This document shows, in pieces, positions 10,892-20,972 of a DNA stretch of 49,799 nucleotides. The notes under the pieces were generated by a model that was not told the origin of the DNA, made no database searches, and saw only the letters and a list, made by a program, of their open reading frames with translations. The position numbers and the translations under genes are program-made. The stretch's first letter is position 1. Each line of letters opens with the position of its first letter. Location of the stretch: positions 1 to 49,799 of IMG/VR virus record IMGVR_UViG_3300032103_000216; one strand, 5' to 3'. Origin of the DNA: a virus. Its lineage: Duplodnaviria; Caudoviricetes.

Positions 10892-11023
10892 TAGTCAGGA
10901 CAGGACTCGAACCCGTATTTAAATGTGTCAAATCATTGAAACAAAAAGAACATTTAGGGATTGTTTTAACATAACACGGCACCCATAGTTTCTTTTTAGC
11001 GTCCACAATTTAGCCACCTGACT
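10892..11023 (-). ncRNA. tRNA-like RNA with expanded central region
   Basis: AGTCAGG/CCTGACT acceptor and T arm ACGGG-TTCGAGT-CCTGT, with about 80 nt replacing the anticodon/variable region. Confidence 0.6.
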
Positions 11024-11267
11024 ATTAAAAACTCTTCTGTCCAAGTGTTCCAGCTTGGAATAGTATTTTGTCTGAATTACGCCACTCATTCACGTTGCAG
11101 CCCGATTTTAGTTACTATCTCTCCAACAAAACATTCACCTCTGGTAAGGTTACATTATCTTTTCAGAGTGGTGCCTCCTACATCTATGTTTTTTTTCGTA
11201 AAAATGGTATTATATTTCATTTTTTTGAAAAAGTTTTACGTGAAAATCCTTTCATTGTTTCTGACAT

Positions 11268-13152
11268 GGTGTATGTAATATACTCACCTTCATTTCTATA
11301 TGTACCATCATTTAATATTGTGCCGTGTTTATTTCCATCGTAACCATGATTTACATCATTAAAAAATGATGATGGATACTATATATGTTTTATTTCAAAT
11401 TTCATGTACTGTTCCGTCTTGTTTGTTTATTCTATAAACAACTAAAGTAGCATTTGCATTATCGTAAAGTGTTTCTCCACCTAATGCCCTTAATGGGAAA
11501 TCAATTCTCTCTCCCTCCAAATACTTTTCATTATTAATTGTTATTAAAAAATAGGTATATTTCATTCCAATGATGACGTTGAAGATATTGTAAATTCGAT
11601 ACTTATAAATTGTGGTGCAATAATGGGTAGTTATTATTAATGATGATATTCCACCTTTAGCACTAGGATCATATTTATTTAAATGGTATGATGGGATTGG
11701 TTCTTGATAAATAATAGTTTCACCTTCTTGGATATGAAATGGTTTATTCCTAATAAAATAAGAACAAATAAAATCACCATTATTTGATGATGCGTAACAT
11801 AAATAACTTTTTTTTATTTAGCATACATATATAATATTTACTACAATATATCAACCATTAAAACCTAAACCAGTATCAATAATATTAATTTTCATAATCT
11901 AAAATTTCACCATCAAGATACATATCACTATAAGTAAGATTTGATAGGTATGAACGATAGCTATCAGAAAACTGGATTACAAAGTGATATTTATTATTTT
12001 TATAAAGGTATTTAATTCGTATCATTATATAGGATATTTTCTAAGTTCTCCAATTTTTAATTTACGGGAACTTTCTTTTTTTGAGTACACTATTTCTTCG
12101 CCTTCAACAGCCCAACTAAAATTTTTAATTATAATTTACCATCAAATGATTTACAGACAAAATATATCATTTTTATTTTAGAATCCAGTAACATTGATTT
12201 TCTTTGTTAGCATTTCACCTTCAAATTCACAGTTTCGATTCATAGTATAGTGGTATCTATCTGTACCCATAACCATACTTGAAATAAATAAATCATTTGA
12301 ATGTATACTACTTTTCACATTCTTATTATATAATTCGCTTTTTATTACTTCACCTTCTACTGATAGGGTATCTTCATTAACATTATAGTGATAAGTAAAT
12401 TTTCTGGTAATATTAACCAGATGTTTTATTTTAATTGGGGTACGATCATTTGATGGATATTTTATCATAATGTGTATGGGGTACAATTGTGTCTATTAAT
12501 TCACCTTCAAAAACATGGGACGATATTTGGTGAGTATACCAAACTATAATGTATCCCCATTTAGTTCTTTCCCTGTCAATTCTATATTTTACAATAATTT
12601 TCATTTAAAAAAATATAACCTCACCTTAGTATATTTTTGTCAGGATTCTTCTTTCTGAAATAATTCCCTCATATAAATAAGAGTAATAAAACAGACAAGT
12701 ATCAAATCTAAAACTATCATGCTTAACAATTATTTTCGTTTATAAATATTAATAGTTATCGGACTATTTAAAACTTCGCCCTCAATAATTACACTAAAAT
12801 TGTTATTAGTTAATTTATTACGAATCATATGAAAATCAGTACTGATATTGCCATTAGTATCTTTTGTTGTTATTCTTTTAATTTCCAGTTTCATAGCTAA
12901 TACTTTCACCTTCAAAATACATTATACGTATATTATCATTTAAAATTATTCCACAGACATATTTAAAAAAGTCTGATCTGTGTACTATAATATTTTTGTA
13001 TTTGGACATATTTCTTCATTTAAGAATTCACCTTCTATTAATCCTAATAAGTTTCTGGTTTTATAATTTACTAATGAAGCGAAGGTGTACTTATTATCAA
13101 TTAAGATACAGCTTTCAACAATAACATCATATTTAGGGTTTACTTTGGGCAT
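11268..13152 (-). other. array of tandem ~45-55 aa micro-ORFs sharing an [IVF]EGE motif
   Basis: Examples start at 13152 (...IEGEF), 13019 (...FEGES), 12894 (...IEGEV), 12604 (...FEGEL). 12178-12486 carries two copies. Confidence 0.55.
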
Positions 13153-13157
13153 TTTAA

Positions 13158-13376
13158 TTAGATAGCACTATTGGATTTTATTTTATCAACAATACGATTC
13201 ATCAAAGATATTCGTTGATTCTGATATTTTTGATTGAGTTTATTTTCATAATTATAGAATAAATTGAAAATATTTAATTGATTATTGATAATATTAAATT
13301 CAACTTGATTTTTTACAGCATTAAATTGACTTTGAGTTTTTATTTTGAATTCATGCTCAATTTGTTTCACCATCAT
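13158..13376 (-). CDS. hypothetical protein
   Basis: ATG ORF overlapping the upstream gene. Confidence 0.5.
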   Translation of the reverse strand: MMVKQIEHEFKIKTQSQFNAVKNQVEFNIINNQLNIFNLFYNYENKLNQKYQNQRISLMNRIVDKIKSNSAI

Positions 13377-13632
13377 TATTTATTGGAGTAAAGGTGAATG
13401 TTACTTTAAGACCATAATTAACAATTGGTTTTTTTTTAAACCAAACTTGCATTGTTAATGTTGATGAATTTAATTCCATTTTAGATTGACCTCTAAGTAA
13501 GAGAAGATATTTATCATACATATCTTGCACTTGTTTACTTAGTACAGACATATACATTTCAAGTTTCTTATTTAATTTTTTATTATATGAATTAAATGTG
13601 TTCATATAATAGTCAGATTTATATCTATTCAT
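13357..13632 (-). CDS. hypothetical protein
   Basis: ATG ORF, 91 aa. Confidence 0.55.
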   Translation of the reverse strand: MNRYKSDYYMNTFNSYNKKLNKKLEMYMSVLSKQVQDMYDKYLLLLRGQSKMELNSSTLTMQVWFKKKPIVNYGLKVTFTFTPINNDGETN

Positions 13633-13674
13633 AATAGAATACTTTTAAACTATAAAAATAGTAAAAAAATATGA

Positions 13675-14712
13675 TTATGTCAACCCTTTGAATTTTTTAT
13701 ATTCAGGAGTTTTCCAGTCTTTGGAAACATCAGATAGGTCATGGTGAACTGCCTCAGTTTCTTCGAAATTAAGGTCTTTTAGGGTTCTTTTAAAGAGTCC
13801 TATTGAAGTGTGACCCACATTACCCCAATCATTGCTTTGGGCAAAGTCATTGATTTTAATGCCATCGTAGCCTTGTTTTACGGCATTTCTAAATAGGTCT
13901 AATTTATGATATTCCAGATCGGTTAAATCACCTTCAGTGCTACCACCTAAAGTATTATCATAGATTCTAAGGTCGCGTTTTGGGGTAACAATAAGGAGTC
14001 TACCTTTTGCCCTGTAGTTGGCTGGTTGTATTTGACCATTTTCATTATGTAATTTCCAGCTATGATTAGCATCACTATTTGTATCGGTTGGAGTATAGCC
14101 TAATTTTTGAAGATGTTGATTTACATATTCAAACTTATATTTTTTTAAATTATACTTCTTTTCTTCAGCTTGTAGTCTTTCATATTCATCTTCAGCTTCT
14201 CTATATTTATCAAAGAAGTCATCAGGAATATCCTGATTAGCTTTATCCATTTCTTGATATCTTTTATTGAAGTCATTTAATTTGGTATAAGCTCTTACTG
14301 CAGCATATCTTAACTCATGTTCTTTGTTAGAATATTCTTCAAATACTGGTGCTTCTCTATATGATACTGCTCTTCTGTTTTGAAATTCAACTTGTGAATA
14401 ATCGTAATTTATGCCGATGCTTTTCTGAAAATTTTGAATATATTTTTCACTGGATGGCATTGCGAGATGTTCGCTATTGACATATAATTTGCTTGAAGTT
14501 GGAATATATGTTTGTGCGATAGCAGGTGAATTTGTAGTCCAGAAAACATTATCGTAGCCACCAGTACCAGCTTTTTCTTTTTCGAATTGCTCAATAGTGC
14601 CATGATAGAGTTCAGTACCCCTTTTAACTACAAGGTCATGACTATTAGCCTCATTTATTTTAGCTTTGGTTACGTATTGAAATATCTCAAAAAGACGTTG
14701 TTTATTTGCCAT
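13675..14712 (-). CDS. putative ADP-ribosyltransferase-like virion protein
   Basis: LYHGT...FWTT.P.IAQTY...GYDGIKI motif pattern of polyvalent-type ART domains, TATTTATA upstream, N-terminal KQRLFE...INE leader. Confidence 0.5.
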   Translation of the reverse strand: MANKQRLFEIFQYVTKAKINEANSHDLVVKRGTELYHGTIEQFEKEKAGTGGYDNVFWTTNSPAIAQTYIPTSSKLYVNSEHLAMPSSEKYIQNFQKSIGINYDYSQVEFQNRRAVSYREAPVFEEYSNKEHELRYAAVRAYTKLNDFNKRYQEMDKANQDIPDDFFDKYREAEDEYERLQAEEKKYNLKKYKFEYVNQHLQKLGYTPTDTNSDANHSWKLHNENGQIQPANYRAKGRLLIVTPKRDLRIYDNTLGGSTEGDLTDLEYHKLDLFRNAVKQGYDGIKINDFAQSNDWGNVGHTSIGLFKRTLKDLNFEETEAVHHDLSDVSKDWKTPEYKKFKGLT

Positions 14713-14854
14713 TTATATTCACAGAAGATTTAATCTTTCTATAAATAGTTCTTTTTGGTGGATTTTTATAAGAATTATCCCATATAGGTTTACCTTCTTT
14801 TTAAAAAAAAATTTCTGTTTTCTTCGTTTTTTTAATTCAAGTATTGCTTTTGTT

Positions 14855-15067
14855 TTAATTATATGTGTTTTTTTCATTTAATTTAGATAGATTAAAATAA
14901 TTCTCATCTATTTTTAAGTAATTAATTCCATGAGGAATGTTATAAATAATTGACTCACCTTGCTGATTAATATATCTTTTTGATGTAAATGCAGAATACT
15001 CAAATCTGTATGACACATAACCTAAAAACCACTTAGTTGTAACACTGATATGTTTAAAGACTTTCAT
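14855..15067 (-). CDS. hypothetical micro-protein (QGE motif family)
   Basis: MKVFKHISV...QGES. Confidence 0.5.
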   Translation of the reverse strand: MKVFKHISVTTKWFLGYVSYRFEYSAFTSKRYINQQGESIIYNIPHGINYLKIDENYFNLSKLNEKNTYN

Positions 15068-15371
15068 TTTTTATCATGTTTAAAAATTTAATTTTATATT
15101 TCTTTTTTGCACGATTTATTTTTGAATAGTGTAATGTCTTATCAATAATCTCATAGTGAGAATAAGTTCGATTAAATGGATAGATAAGAACTTCACCCTC
15201 ATATTTTGGAGTAGATTCATTAGGATTACCTTTTCCAAAAAAACAATAATGAAATGCTATATGTGTTGTTGATTTATTATTAATAATATTATTAAAACCC
15301 AAAAACCTTAATATGCTTGAGGAATTAGGAATAAATTTAATATTAGTTCTAACCGAAATATTCTGGAACAT
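15054..15371 (-). CDS. hypothetical protein (EGE motif family)
   Basis: YEGEV motif, start overlaps the upstream stop. Confidence 0.55.
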   Translation of the reverse strand: MFQNISVRTNIKFIPNSSSILRFLGFNNIINNKSTTHIAFHYCFFGKGNPNESTPKYEGEVLIYPFNRTYSHYEIIDKTLHYSKINRAKKKYKIKFLNMIKNESL

Positions 15372-15760
15372 TAAAAAATAAAGAGAGTTAATAGTCCTTT
15401 TATTAAACCACCAGATTCTTCAACATTTTCTTGAATAATTTTTTCTGCAAGGCCCAAATACAAATCATTATTGTTTGAATAATAATAATATGATTTTTTT
15501 AATTCTATCATTTCATCAGTATTAAGGTTTGCACGTTTAAACCAATTGTCAACAAATGATTCTATTTGGTCATATCTAATATTTTTATACAGATTTTTAA
15601 TCATCCACACCACTAATTGTTTCTTATATAAGTCCTCACTTTTATATTTAGAATTTATGTAAGTAATGGATGATTCAAAATAGTTTTGTAATTTATTTTT
15701 ATCAGCATTATCTAAACCGATTACACATTCAACTAAAGGGTAGTAATTATTTTTTATCAT
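15371..15760 (-). CDS. hypothetical protein
   Basis: 129-aa ATG ORF. Confidence 0.65.
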   Translation of the reverse strand: MIKNNYYPLVECVIGLDNADKNKLQNYFESSITYINSKYKSEDLYKKQLVVWMIKNLYKNIRYDQIESFVDNWFKRANLNTDEMIELKKSYYYYSNNNDLYLGLAEKIIQENVEESGGLIKGLLTLFIF

Positions 15761-15930
15761 GAAAAATATGCAACATTATCCTCAATATACATCCTTCTCA
15801 TTTTTCCAGTAACAACAAATCTTGGCTGGCGTTGGATGTCCACGTTGTTGACTTAATGGTTTATTGTAGTAGAAAAAGAATACTCTATCTTTTTCAAATT
15901 CAATTTCAAACTTTTTTGGAATCAGCATAC

Positions 15931-16452
15931 TTATTTAAAGTTTATATTAAGACCCATTTCTTTCATTTTCAATAGTACTTCAGCATTACCCATAGCATCA
16001 TGAACTGGATCATGAGTATGTTTTGTATCACGAAGATGTTTCCATTTAACATAAACATTTCTCCGCATTCCAGCATACAAATCACCAATTCTTCTACCTG
16101 AGAAACCAAAAGGATTTTCACCAATAAAATAGTGAAAATAATAATTAATCCATTGCCAATCAAAAGCAAGATTATCAGAAATAAATACTGGTCTACCACC
16201 TGCATTAGTTTCTAAAATCCATTCTCTGAATTTTTCCATTGTTTCTTTAGGGTCACTAAAGTTCAAATGTTGTTCTCTGGAAAATCCTGATATAGCTAAT
16301 GCTTCTGGTACAAATAAATTACTAATTGGTTTTGTAGTACCATAAAAGGTATCACTTAAATCTTTATAAACTTTTACAGCACCAAAACATACCATTGAAT
16401 ACTTATTTGGTATTTGCCCGTCGGCCTCAATATCTACCACATAATAACTCAT
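15931..16452 (-). CDS. DEDDh 3'-5' exonuclease (Rv2179c-like exoribonuclease family)
   Basis: VVDIEADG, N.AFDWQW and HDPVHDA catalytic motifs. Confidence 0.85.
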   Translation of the reverse strand: MSYYVVDIEADGQIPNKYSMVCFGAVKVYKDLSDTFYGTTKPISNLFVPEALAISGFSREQHLNFSDPKETMEKFREWILETNAGGRPVFISDNLAFDWQWINYYFHYFIGENPFGFSGRRIGDLYAGMRRNVYVKWKHLRDTKHTHDPVHDAMGNAEVLLKMKEMGLNINFK

Positions 16453-16985
16453 ACTGATTGGGGTTTACATTTTAATATATGTATCAAATTATTTAATTCT
16501 GCCCACATATCAACAACTGATTTTTCTGCATCTTCATTATATAATGCCATTTCAAATTCATCAAATTCTTTCACATAAGCATCTGACATTGAATGTTTCT
16601 TCTCGATAGAATTTCTCATGTTGGCAATTCTATCTGCAAGTTTGATAATTACAGCATCTGGATTTGATGCGATTTTTGGATAGGTTTTTTCTTTGCGTTC
16701 TTTTCTATTGCGACCTAACTCATCAGTAACACAATAAACAATCTCAGCGATTTCTATACCAAATTGTTTTTTAATGTCGTTATATGAAATTGCAGTATCT
16801 TCCATTACATCATGAAGATATCCAGCAATTTTATATTTATCATCAGTAAAACCAAATTCATCTAGCACATCAACCACTTGTTCTAAATGATAGTAATATG
16901 GATATCCATCATAATTTTGCATACCATGTAATGATATTGCTAAGTATGCTGCTTCTTTTACTTTAGTTATTCTTTTCATAATCAT
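16449..16985 (-). CDS. HD-domain (p)ppGpp hydrolase-like protein (small alarmone hydrolase / Mesh1-like)
   Basis: HGMQ.Y...PY..HL..V, LHDVMEDT, KLADRIAN. Confidence 0.85.
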   Translation of the reverse strand: MIMKRITKVKEAAYLAISLHGMQNYDGYPYYYHLEQVVDVLDEFGFTDDKYKIAGYLHDVMEDTAISYNDIKKQFGIEIAEIVYCVTDELGRNRKERKEKTYPKIASNPDAVIIKLADRIANMRNSIEKKHSMSDAYVKEFDEFEMALYNEDAEKSVVDMWAELNNLIHILKCKPQSV

Positions 16986-17157
16986 TTTTATCTGGTAACG
17001 GACAATCTTCTGGAATAATATTACCGTGATTTTTAAATTCTTTATCTAATTTTTCACACCAATGTTTGCCCCATTTATGCATATAATAACTATCGTCATG
17101 ATTATAATATGGGCATTGATCACAACTATTAATTATAATAATTTTTTCTATTTTCAT
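16963..17157 (-). CDS. small Cys-rich hypothetical protein
   Basis: CDQCPY...C...IPEDCPL motif. Confidence 0.65.
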   Translation of the reverse strand: MKIEKIIIINSCDQCPYYNHDDSYYMHKWGKHWCEKLDKEFKNHGNIIPEDCPLPDKNDYEKNN

Positions 17158-17209
17158 ATTAAATCAAAATTCTTTTTCAACTTTTCTCATTTTGTTTTGT
17201 TTTTAAATA

Positions 17210-17418
17210 ATAGAAATGAGCATACCCAAAATTCTGTTTTATTACATCATTTATCTTATGCCACAACCCGTTCATCACTGCACTGCGCTCCTACTCGAAC
17301 TGTTTGTGTTGCATCCATTCTCCGCAGTCCAAACAATCTTACGATCTCCTACGTTGACGCAGGGATGTCTTGAAGTTCCTCTTTCCTTTCGAAAAGCGAT
17401 GTATCCTCTTATTCTATT
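17210..17418 (-). ncRNA. rnpB: miniature RNase P RNA
   Basis: Minus strand reads ...ATCGC...GAAAGGAAAGAGGAACTTCAAGAC (CR-I like) ... AGATAAATGAT (CR-IV like) ... AAACAGAATTTTGGGTAT (CR-V like). P4 pairing ACUUCAAGA/UUUUGGGU and a terminal P1 stem are possible. Intergenic and GC-richer than its flanks. Confidence 0.75.
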
Positions 17419-17439
17419 ATATTATACACAAAATAGATA

Positions 17440-18474
17440 TTATTTGTTATATCTCAAAAAAGAATTTTCTGTAATTGGTATATAATCTACAGAACCAATA
17501 AATTCAGCTAAATTATGCGAATTTGTATAGCTCATTGCACTTCTTAAATAAGATTCAAAATTATCTATCCATTGATTTAGAGTATATTCTACTTTTTGTT
17601 TTCTTATAACTCCTTCACTTGTTTTCAACACATTGTTACCCATTTCTATTTGTGCTTTTTTGGTGCTCATACCATAAAATTCTTTATGAATATTAAAACC
17701 TTTAACATATAGGTACTCTGCAAGTCTATTTGGTAACTGTAGATTATACCAATAATTAGGTGAAGCACTTTCTAATGCTTTATTGAATAATGAACCAATC
17801 ATTACGTAATCAGCCCCTAATGCTAGTGCTTTAATAATGTCAGCATATTTTTTCATGCCACCATCAGCAACTATTTTTGTTGGATTATCAAATTTCTTTT
17901 TTATTTGATTACATTCAGTTACTATTGATGCCATAGGATAGCCAATGCCTGTCTGTTGGGTTGTCAGACAGCCATTGCCATTTCCTATTCCTAATCGAAC
18001 ATAATCAATTGCTCCAGATTCACAATATTGCTCATACGTTTGAGGTGAAGCAACATTGCCAGCCATAATTGTTAACTTAGAATTTTGGTTTGCTTTGAGA
18101 TACTTAATTTTGGCTTCTTTTGCGAAAAAGATTATATCTTCCATATGTCCATTAGCGATATCTATTAATACTTTGATATCACTACCTTCATATTTCTTAT
18201 TTAAGAATTCTTCTTCAAATTCGTTTAAACTAAACGCATTAAAATAATGAAGATTAAATTTATTTTTTTCAGTTCTAGGTAATACAACATGAATATTATT
18301 ATTAGTAAATATATGTGCATTTTTTGAATTAACAACACTACTCATTGGTGCGGTAAACAATGGTAGATAACCATGATTATCATACGGATTAACTGATATT
18401 CTTGATCTTATGTCCGTTAAAACATTTGGTACAATAACAATATCATCAAAATCTATTTTAAATTGAGAATTCAT
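17440..18474 (-). CDS. guaC: GMP reductase / IMP dehydrogenase family protein
   Basis: FDDIVIVP, TAPM, IDIANGH, GNVA, GIGNGNGCLT, ADGG, KALALGADYVMIG, FYGMS, LRSAMSY. Confidence 0.8.
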   Translation of the reverse strand: MNSQFKIDFDDIVIVPNVLTDIRSRISVNPYDNHGYLPLFTAPMSSVVNSKNAHIFTNNNIHVVLPRTEKNKFNLHYFNAFSLNEFEEEFLNKKYEGSDIKVLIDIANGHMEDIIFFAKEAKIKYLKANQNSKLTIMAGNVASPQTYEQYCESGAIDYVRLGIGNGNGCLTTQQTGIGYPMASIVTECNQIKKKFDNPTKIVADGGMKKYADIIKALALGADYVMIGSLFNKALESASPNYWYNLQLPNRLAEYLYVKGFNIHKEFYGMSTKKAQIEMGNNVLKTSEGVIRKQKVEYTLNQWIDNFESYLRSAMSYTNSHNLAEFIGSVDYIPITENSFLRYNK

Positions 18475-18518
18475 AAATTTTCTTTAAAAATCAAATTAAG
18501 TAATTCATTATTTTCATA

Positions 18519-19196
18519 TTAAAATCTTGGTGTAACGGTTAATCTATCCCAAAAAGTATTTTCCCCATTTTCTTGTTGCTTACAAACTACTCTACCTCTT
18601 TTATATCCAGTAGGTAAATCATTCCAATTAAGACCCTTTTGAAAAATCATTTTTTGCATTTCATTTCCACTTTTACCATGTAGTTCTTTGTGCGAATACA
18701 TAGATTGTGCAACAGATGAAATGCTATTTCTTGTCGCGTCATTCTGTCTCCAGATTAAATAATTTATTGCTTCAGTTCTTGTTGGAACTTGAAATACCCT
18801 AGCATCAAAATAAGCTAATTTAGAAATATTTCTATTAGTTCTTAATTGATTAAACTTAGCTGTTGCCATACTTGCTGATACAGATGACATTTTTTGAATA
18901 TTATTATCAAACCAAGCTGATGTCGTGATTTCATCAAAATCAGTAAGGATGAGTGAAATTTCATCTGATTGAACGTAACCTAGTTTTACTCCCTGAATAT
19001 TTTGACAAAGAAACTTTGTAGTTTCATCCATATCAAAAATCAAATCATCGTCAAAAGGTTTTTTTAAACCTATAGTGTATGTGTGAAAATACACTCCATC
19101 AATACGAATTACTGTATATAATCTACGTAATAAAAAATACCTACTTCTATCTTCATAATTTTTTTTCATTCTGTCACCAAGACTATCTTTTTTCAT
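18519..19196 (-). CDS. tRNA(His) guanylyltransferase Thg1-like protein
   Basis: RIDG..FH, YVQSDEIS, FDARV and WRQNDATRN motifs. Confidence 0.9.
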   Translation of the reverse strand: MKKDSLGDRMKKNYEDRSRYFLLRRLYTVIRIDGVYFHTYTIGLKKPFDDDLIFDMDETTKFLCQNIQGVKLGYVQSDEISLILTDFDEITTSAWFDNNIQKMSSVSASMATAKFNQLRTNRNISKLAYFDARVFQVPTRTEAINYLIWRQNDATRNSISSVAQSMYSHKELHGKSGNEMQKMIFQKGLNWNDLPTGYKRGRVVCKQQENGENTFWDRLTVTPRF

Positions 19197-19251
19197 GTTA
19201 ATATAAAACTAAATATTGTAAAATATTATTTTAAAAAAATATGATATATTA

Positions 19252-19448
19252 AATTGAGTGAGTGCAATAATGTTTATTTTATGAATATGATTTCGGTAAA
19301 TGAGTTTTGCGGTTTTATATTTAAACTTTGATTGCTTAAATTTTGCTTCTTGATTTCGGCATCACCATCATTTGTCAATTTACCATCAGATAGCTATTTG
19401 AGTGATATCAATCCATAAAAATTACTAATTATCACACAACACTCAATT
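19252..19448 (-). ncRNA. candidate structured ncRNA downstream of the DIP1984-like gene
   Basis: Terminal stem AATTGAGTG/CACTCAATT plus GTGTGATAAT/ATTATTGCAC. The ends are conserved in the second copy at 448-531. Confidence 0.5.
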
Positions 19449-19472
19449 ATGTTTTTGATTACAATAAATCAG

Positions 19473-19586
19473 TTATATGGTTAAAGTAATCAAGTTCTTC
19501 TTAAGAGCTTGATAAACTTTCATAGTTAATTCGTTGATTTTACCAACAATTTTGTTTTTTTCTTTAAGAGCTTGATAAACTTTCAT
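19473..19586 (-). pseudogene. internally deleted/rearranged DIP1984-like gene
   Basis: MKVYQALKEKNKIVGKINELT followed by a second ATGAAAGTTTATCAAGCTCTTAA joined to the last codons of the ORF at 394-437. TATATTTG promoter at 19609-19616. Confidence 0.7.
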
Positions 19587-19649
19587 ATCTGGTTTTTTTT
19601 AATAATAACAAATATAAATAATAAAAATTATGATGTTAAGTTAATGACA

Positions 19650-20534
19650 TCATAATTCTACTTTACATCTAAAATCAATTGACCATCCTTCTGGCATATA
19701 AGGTGGTTTCATTGTATCAAGAAAGTGTTTTCTCCACATTCTAACAAAGTCCTCAATTTTTTCATGTGTATCAAGCTGTTTTACAATCTGATAGCCATGA
19801 TCGTATTCAAGAGATTTTTTAGCTTTAAATTCTTCAAACTCTTCATTATAATGTTCTCTAAAAATAATGTATAATTTATAAAGCTGAATGTAGTTCAAAG
19901 TATTAATATATTGAAAATCAATACCAGTTGTTTCAGAGGTTAATTTCAATAATTCAATAATTTTTGCATGAGATAATTTACCATATGCTCTAAATAACGA
20001 ATGCAACCCACTTAACGTTTTGATTTTGATTTTAGCAAAATCAGACAATTCTTTAGTAAATAAAAAGTTTGCATCATTAAGATTTTTTACACCATATCGA
20101 ACTGCTAATTCATCTTTGAATTGTGTTGCATATCTTTCATAGTTTTGATGAACAGAATATGTCACCAATACAACATCATGATGATTTTTAGTTTTATATT
20201 CTTCCTTGAAATATCTTCTATAGCAATAAGGCACAATATGATGTCTTTGAAGATCATCTTTACTGCCAGTAACTACGCAAATAATATTTCTTCCACTTAA
20301 ACCAAAAGTTTCATCTTCTTTAAATCCGTATCCTCTTGGGATAAAAGTAAGTTGAATTTCTCTATCACCAACTATTTCAGCTAGATTTCTTTCGAGATAC
20401 CATTCAGCTTTTCTTTCTCCACAAGTAAACATATGTTTACCATTAGGGTGGTATACTTTCCAGTTTTCTAAACCTAAATTTTTACTACCTTTTATTAATA
20501 TTTGTGGCATAATTATATTATAAAAAAACGGCAC
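19650..20534 (-). CDS. HNH-like protein resembling the C-terminal domain of EXD2
   Basis: KAEWYLERNLA, CVVTG, RHHIVPYCYRRYF, HHDVV, WRKHFLDTMKP..MP.GW. Confidence 0.65.
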   Translation of the reverse strand: MPFFYNIIMPQILIKGSKNLGLENWKVYHPNGKHMFTCGERKAEWYLERNLAEIVGDREIQLTFIPRGYGFKEDETFGLSGRNIICVVTGSKDDLQRHHIVPYCYRRYFKEEYKTKNHHDVVLVTYSVHQNYERYATQFKDELAVRYGVKNLNDANFLFTKELSDFAKIKIKTLSGLHSLFRAYGKLSHAKIIELLKLTSETTGIDFQYINTLNYIQLYKLYIIFREHYNEEFEEFKAKKSLEYDHGYQIVKQLDTHEKIEDFVRMWRKHFLDTMKPPYMPEGWSIDFRCKVEL

Positions 20535-20552
20535 TTTTTATTATTATTATTA

Positions 20553-20921
20553 TTAAAACTTAAGCACTGGACTCCAATAGTTGGTCAAATATAACGACAA
20601 AAAGTAAAAAACCATAACAGGTACTGACTTATATGCGTTAAATATTGTAAACTCAACAAATTTATCTTTTCGTATTGATTCAATTATATCACCCAAATGA
20701 AATAATAGAACACATACAAGCCCAATGGTTAGGGTATTTAATATACCTGCCATAGCATAAAATAAAATAATTAATAAATTAAATACTATTGTTCTAAAGA
20801 AGTTATGCACAATTATTTTTGGTTGATTATGCTTTTTTATGGCAATAAAAATAATCCACAAAATCAGGACAAAAACGGCAATTTTACCTAAAATTCCGAA
20901 ATAATATACTAAATTAGTCAT
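20553..20921 (-). CDS. membrane protein
   Basis: Three to four hydrophobic segments. Confidence 0.7.
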   Translation of the reverse strand: MTNLVYYFGILGKIAVFVLILWIIFIAIKKHNQPKIIVHNFFRTIVFNLLIILFYAMAGILNTLTIGLVCVLLFHLGDIIESIRKDKFVEFTIFNAYKSVPVMVFYFLSLYLTNYWSPVLKF

Positions 20922-20946
20922 TTTAATGAGTTCAAATTTATTATAT

Positions 20947-20972
20947 TATACGAAATTTAAATAAATTTGGTT
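20947..20972 (-). promoter_or_regulatory. putative ECF-sigma promoter AAC-N17-CGTATA
   Basis: Exact spacing, 25 nt upstream of the ATG at 20921. Confidence 0.6.

Noticed and set aside
11140-11185. SAM-I riboswitch or T-box
   Set aside because: GGTGC and GAAAGATAA-like words are on opposite strands, and no other consensus elements are present.
11268-13152. Diversity-generating retroelement repeats
   Set aside because: No reverse transcriptase in the window and no near-identical template/variable repeat pair differing at adenines.
10013-15371. GAAGGTGA as Shine-Dalgarno repeats
   Set aside because: Spacing to starts is variable, the word varies synonymously in frame, and Bacteroidota rarely use SD sequences.
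17062-17485. + strand ORFs 17062-17373 and 17216-17485
   Set aside because: Antisense shadows of the RNase P RNA and neighbouring genes.
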